From the NCBI RefSeq assembly GCF_009914755.1, contig NC_060940.1: a stretch of DNA of 64,000 nt. One strand, 5' to 3'. The notes below the pieces were generated by a model. It saw only the letters and a list, made by a program, of their open reading frames with translations, was not told where the DNA came from and ran no database searches. Position numbers and translations under genes: made by a program. Origin of the DNA: the human T2T-CHM13v2.0 reference genome, Homo sapiens. Shown one piece after another: positions 56,230 to 64,000 of this stretch. Numbering within the stretch: position 1 is the first letter of the stretch; each line of letters starts with the position of its first letter.

Positions 56230-57149
56230 TTAAGTGGTCTTTATGTGAGTATTAACTGTATAACTCGACCTTCCTGTGTTTTTTTTAACATTTTTCAAAA
56301 ATAAGATGGAGAAAAAAAGTAGGCATTGAAATTGCGTGAGAGACTGCCTGCCATGTAAGAGTTTAGCAAAATGCCTGGACTGCAGAATGTGCTCAAATAA
56401 CGGTAACAAATTACTCAAAAACAAATTACTAATTAGTTATGGGCCCTATTTTCCAGGGACTTCTGCCTTCAGTATTTCTAGTAAGGCTCTGCACAAGCTG
56501 CAGGAGTTGTTAAGTGAAGATCTCAGGAATGGAGTCTCAGCTACTTCTGTCTCACCTTCTCCAAGAGCCAGTTGGTAAGGAGGACACAGCACACCAATGT
56601 GGTCCTGGTTTCCCTGTGCAGTGCACGCCAGGGGTGCTTCAAAATGCTGCTGAAAATACGTTCTGACCCAAGAAAGAAAAGCACCTGGCTTTGAACAGTC
56701 AAATGAGAGCCAAGGAGGGCCGAACGCCACCTTTGCTGCTCTTGTCCAGGGGTAAAATGTTTTGCTTTAGAACAGTAAGGTTCTGCAGACACCCAGCAGA
56801 TAGTGCCTCGACACTCTTTGTGTCCTCGGACAATCAGTGAGTATCATTCAGAGTATAATTTAGAGTCTGGAGCCAGAGGGCCTGGGTTTGATTTGAGGTT
56901 TTACTGTGTGATTTTAGACAAGTCACTTATCCTTTCTCAAGTTTCTCATCATCAATATGGTGACAATTACAGTTCCAACCTTATAGTTACCCAGGGCATT
57001 AATTAAAGACTCGATAAATGTTAGGAGCAAGAGTTGTATCTCCACGTCCGGAGGCTCCTTCCCCCACAGACACTTGTCTCCAAAGTTACACTAATTTCTG
57101 AACTCTCAGCTGGGTTCCTGCACCCACCCGCCTTCGAATCACCTGCAGC

Positions 57150-57428
57150 AGCACTGTCCAATAGAAACCGTGTGAGGAGCCACAAGCATCACCTGAAATT
57201 CCTTAGTAGCCACGTCACAAAAATGGGTGAAATTAATTTTTAACGTTTGACACATCCAAAATATTATCTTTCCAACATATAATCAACATAAACATCTAAT
57301 AAAAGTTTGCTTTTTTCCTAGTCTTCTAAAACTGGTGTGTGTTTTAATATTTCAGTCTTGATTAGCTGTATTTCACATGCTTAGCAGCCACATGTGGCCA
57401 ATGGCTACTTGGCTGGACAGCACAGACC
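57150..57428. mobile_element. MER3/MER33-like hAT-Charlie remnant (MIR remnant at ~56850-57030 just before it)
   Basis: Termini gcactgtccaatagaa ... ggctggacagcac; internal tagccacgt and agccacatgtggc. Confidence 0.65.
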
Positions 57429-57899
57429 TAGAGTGGAGGTCACACCCGCAGATTCCAGCCCCACCCCCCCAAGAACTAAGATCTGCCCGAATGTACTTGG
57501 TGAAATCAAACACCACCAGTTATTCTTAAGCACTCCAAACACTAAGAACCACTGAGTAAGCGGACGCCTTGCTGGGTGCGGTCGAGTGCTAGAAAGCAAA
57601 AGTTGAGGTTCTCTGTTCACCCAAGTTCAGGTACCGGCTCAGGACCTCGGTTACCTCCCCCATCCTCCGGAAAGGTGCGCGTCCAACAGCCAGAGAGAGG
57701 AGAGAACAATTAGTTAAATCTCGAGGAGAGGGCGTTTCGGCACAAATCTTCAGAGCACCTTCCCCATTTAAAAGTACATTTCAGGCACAGTTCATGCGGA
57801 ATCAAGACAAAAAGCCTACTCCACGTTTCTCCTCCAACAAACTTAACCTTCCCGTATCCGCCCCTCTGGGGTAACCCATCAAACTGAGCTCGGCCACCG

Positions 57900-59885
<1,986 letters not shown>

Positions 59886-61158
59886 GAGGGCGGGTTTTGT
59901 TCTCTGCTGTGCCTGTCAGGCAGTCGTTGCCCTGTGGTTATTTGTGGAGGGATTGACGGTGCGCTGAGCTTCAGACTTTGTCTGAACAGCTTCGTGGCAG
60001 CAAGGAAGGGAGAAGGGAACAGATCCAAGCCGATCTTTGGGAGGAGAGAACCAGCATGACTTGGAGACTTTAGATGTCAGAGCAAAGGACAGGGTGCAGC
60101 TTGGTGACCCGGAGTGGGTGGGTGGGTGAATGGATGGATAGATAGTGGGGATGTGGTCTGCCATCACTGCCCTCTTCCCTGTGTGGGAAGCCAGCTCTTG
60201 GTGACTTCCTGCCGAGACCCACTCCCTCTGGCCCTGTCCGAGGGTGTCAAGTGTGCCCTTGACCCTTCACCCTGGGCTAAGGGATGTCCAAGGAGTTGGG
60301 GACAAAGGCAGCTAGGAGGAGGAGCTACCTCCCGAGTCTGCTGCAGTAAGTCACCAGTGTGTTCCTGTGGGTGGAGGCTGGCAGGCCCATCAGTCTGGTT
60401 TGGGTACCCGTTGGATTTGGGTTTGATGACATGTAAAGTGAGTTAGAGTCTCTGCATTACTGTCACACCTGCTGTGCCCAGGCATGGAAGATTAAGTGGA
60501 ACAGAGGGGCCGCCCCCCTGCTGAAGGGGCCCCAGAGTCGGCGCTAGGGGAGGGGGCAGCCTCGGTGGTCCAGGCAGGCATAGGCGGAATTCTCTGAGGT
60601 GGCATTGGAGTCCAGTGGTCAGAGGTGCTAAAAGGCCCCAAACCTAGAGCCCATGCCCAGGGCCCCACTGACACCTGGTGGGCAGGGGCAGCCTGGTGAC
60701 CCCACATGACATGGGTGGGCGTGACGCAGCACCAGCTGGGCCGACAGCCCTCCCCCTGCTGGTTTTTAATGCTCTGCAGTAATGTCATTTGGCCTGCGAA
60801 TAAGCTTTCACACATTTTATATTAAATCTACAAGTATGATTTATTCAGGCACTTACGAATTTAATCAAATTTGTTTCTAAATATTACTGATTTTTGTTAT
60901 CAAATGTGCCATCAGCTGTTGAGCTTTGAGAATTGAGCATCCTGGCTTTTGCCATTTTGAGGATCAGCAGAAGCATGTCTGGAAGAAATGTGAGAAAATA
61001 AAACTCAGGAGCCTACCCCCACCCTGCCCTTCCAGGAGCTCAGCCCCAGAGCCAGGCTGCTAAGGCCATGGAGGCTGAGGGCAGTGGAGCTGGGGTTTCT
61101 GGAGCCTCAGGGGCCCTGGTTTGCTGGAAGGGCAGGCAGGGCTTCATGGAGGGCATTA

Positions 61159-61218
61159 GGCAGTGGCCAGAGCCCTGCAGTGCTGGGCATGGGCTTCTCG
61201 TGGGCTCTGGCCACGGCC
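61159..61218 (+). ncRNA. MIR3677: pre-miR-3677 hairpin
   Basis: 5' arm CAGTGGCCAGAGCCCTGCAGTG (61161-61182) pairs with 3' arm CTCGTGGGCTCTGGCCACGGCC (61197-61218); both match the mature sequences as I recall them. Confidence 0.88.
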
Positions 61219-61347
61219 CTGAGCTCCTCCCCTTACCTTCCCAGAGCGGAGGGTCACCTGCTGAGCTGGGCACGGGCTTCTCGTGGGCTCTGGCCACGGC
61301 CCTGAGCTCCTCCCCTTGCCTTCCCAGAGCGGAGGGTCACCTGCTGA
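61182..61347. repeat. Two-copy 83-bp tandem duplication overlapping MIR3677
   Basis: 61182-61264 versus 61265-61347 differ at only 2 positions. Confidence 0.92.
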
Positions 61348-62192
61348 CAGTTTGGGGCGGCTCTGTCTTTGAGAGCATGCCCTCATGAAGGCAGAATGTC
61401 CTCCCTGCCTCCATCCTCTGTGGCCCGGTGGCTCCTGCAGTGCCTGCCCTCAGAGGCTGGTGGCCTGGGACACAGGGATGAGGATGGGCTTGGTGGTGCT
61501 GCAGGTCACAGTGGGTCATGAAGGAGCTTTGGGGGTGTTGCATTCTCTGGTAAAGCACAGCAAGGGAGCCCTTTTACCCACTACTAAAACCTGGCTCTGC
61601 ACTGAGGCCATGCGCAGCCCAGTCAGGTGGACGAGGGGGTAACGACTGGACCGTGGGGAGGCATCAGAGGAGGAGCTGCTGAGAGGCGGGTCACCACAGC
61701 CTGGTGCCTGTCTGGAGAGGGTGGGGCTGGGGGAGGTGCTGGCCAGGTCCATGGGGGTGGCCAGGCTGGGTCTGAAAGGGCCTTGCGCTGGTGTGGGGTG
61801 AGCTTGGTCTGTTGGGAGAGTATGCAGTTCATTGGGGCCTCCCTGGCTCCAGGTTTGCATGTCTGAGGAGTGGGTATCATCAGGGCCTGGGGCCTCTCCA
61901 GTGGGCATGTCTGAACTCTCCCAGGGTTGGGAGCCTGTGCTCATCACAAGCTCAAAGCACTCCATTTCTGCTACCATGAAGTCAAGGATGGTGACTGTGA
62001 GCCGCCTGGGACCTGAGCTGCCTGGGACTGTGACTGAGGCACCCGGGGTGCCTCTTAGGGCCTTGGGTTTGGGCCCATGGCTAGATGAGCCTTGGTGATT
62101 CTGTGGTATTGCCTGGGCCAGGTGGACCCAGGGGCAGCTGCGGCTAGTCCATTTGGAGCTCCTTCAAGCCGAAGCATCCAACACCAGTGTCT

Positions 62193-62286
62193 GTGAGGTG
62201 TGGGCCCGGCCCCAGGAGCGGGGCCTGGGCAGCCCCGTGTGTTGAGGAAGGAAGGCAGGGCCCCCGCTCCCCGGGCCTGACCCCAC
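62193..62286 (+). ncRNA. MIR940: pre-miR-940 hairpin
   Basis: Mature AAGGCAGGGCCCCCGCTCCCC at 62252-62272; the 5' arm ggcccgg..ggagcggggcctg is complementary. Confidence 0.9.
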
Positions 62287-63413
62287 TGCTTCAGCCCCCT
62301 CCTGCCTGCCTACAGCCTGGCCTCGAGGGCCCATCAGGTGAGGGGACCCCACCTGCACCACCCCGTCCTACCTCCTGGAGGAGGCCTTGCCCCTGACAGG
62401 CAGCCTCCAGCCCTCCCACCCTGATCCCTGTGTGGGATGGCCAGAGCATGCCCAGCATGCTGGGGTTCGGCGGTGGGGGGCATCTGGAGGGAGGGACATG
62501 TCAGTTCGGGGAGGGATGAGCAGCCTAAGTGACTGCAGTGCTGGGCCATCTCCTGCATGGTGGAGCTCCCCTCGAGCCGCCTGTCTGCAGGGGGCTCTGG
62601 CCAGTAGTGCAGCCGGGCAGGGTCTGTACGGCACAGGCTGCACCAGCCTCCATGCAGACCAGTCTGTGTGGGAGTGGGGGTCTCAGAGGGCCCAGCCGGC
62701 CTATGCCATGAGCATGGTGCTGGCCCAGAGGGGGAGCTGAACAGCAGCTGGGTCGGTGCGTTACCTGGTGGGGCAGCAGACAGCAGCTGCCCTGGCTGGG
62801 GTTCAAGCCCCGGGCTGGCCTGGTGGAATCCCCTCTCCGTCACCCCCAGGTTCTGTTCTTGCAGGTGTCAGGCCTGGGGCCTTGAGACAGACCTGCAGTC
62901 TCCACCACAGCCACAGTGGGTGGGGTCTGGGTCCTCACGGAGGTGATCCTCCACCCCCACACCTACCTTGTGCATGGCAGTGGTGTCTCCTGGAGCTGGT
63001 GAGACCCCACCTCACTCAGGAAACCCCCCAGACGCCCCCAGGCAGAAGTGGCCATACTCCAGGGCCTGCATCCCTGTGCCCCACAGTGCGCCCTGGCCGG
63101 TTGGTTGTAGGAACTCAGAAAAGCAAAGCAAACAGGATGGTTCCCTGCTGGACACATTACATTCCCTGCTGGACACATTTCTATTGCAGATCTTTAGTCC
63201 AGGATTCCAGGGTAGCCAAGGTCACCTGAGTCCTGGGGACTCTGGGCCTGGTCTCTGAAAGCAGCCAGTAAGACAGAGATGGGAAACCCAGCAAGATGGA
63301 GTGAGCCAAGGGCACAGTTGGGTCCAGGCGCAGCAGGGAGCTGCCTGGGGGTGACACACACTTGACGGAGGCCACTGCACACACCCTACCCCGGCCTGAA
63401 CTTGAGCACTTCC

Positions 63414-63708
<295 letters not shown>

Positions 63709-64000
63709 AAGCACTTCCTTGAACACAGAGGTGACCATGAGGAGGGAGGCGTGAACCAGGATGACGGGGCAGCAGATGGAGCCTGCCTCCCTGAGACCTC
63801 AGGTGACCGAGTGCTGGACTGCCTCCTCCTGCCTACATGGCTGAGAAATAAACTTCTTTTTCAAACCACTGTGACCTGGGGTTTTCTGATACCCTCAGCA
63901 AGCCTGTTCCTGTGGCCTGGTGTGGGTCCCCTGACCTGTGGCCTGGGCTGCCTGTATCCGGCCTGCCCCTCTGCTCCGCTGTAAACCTGTGATGGCAGTG

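Noticed and set aside
63139-63180. Small 21-bp direct duplication (ttccctgctggacacatt)
   Set aside because: Two-copy slippage with no functional cue.

Overview
This is human genomic DNA, GC-rich and very Alu-dense. I recognise the gene order as chr16p13.3: BRICD5 (-, last coding exon outside the window), PGP (-), E4F1 (+), DNASE1L2 (+), ECI1 (-), RNPS1 (-), then MIR3677 and MIR940 (+) downstream of a bidirectional RNPS1 CpG-island promoter. I rebuilt every coding exon by hand from splice sites. The spliced lengths close in frame: PGP 321 aa, E4F1 784 aa, DNASE1L2 299 aa, ECI1 302 aa, RNPS1 305 aa. Repeats include dozens of Alus, a 5'-truncated SVA with a perfect 15-bp TSD, an ERV1 internal fragment plus LTR inside an RNPS1 intron, and MLT1, MER58, MER3/33, L1 and MIR remnants. 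I found no convincing new gene, foreign insert or CRISPR-like system; most listed ORFs are GC-rich shadow or Alu ORFs. The best leads are regulatory: (1) an RNPS1 start codon split by an intron (AT|G) that becomes either a 26-codon uORF or the main start depending on exon 2 inclusion; (2) a candidate poison exon in RNPS1; (3) an 83-bp duplication giving a second miR-3677-3p arm; (4) a GC-AG intron and an exitron in DNASE1L2; (5) an AT-rich PBX-HOX/MEIS motif island just upstream of the miRNAs. Gene and repeat names come from recall, not from database searches.
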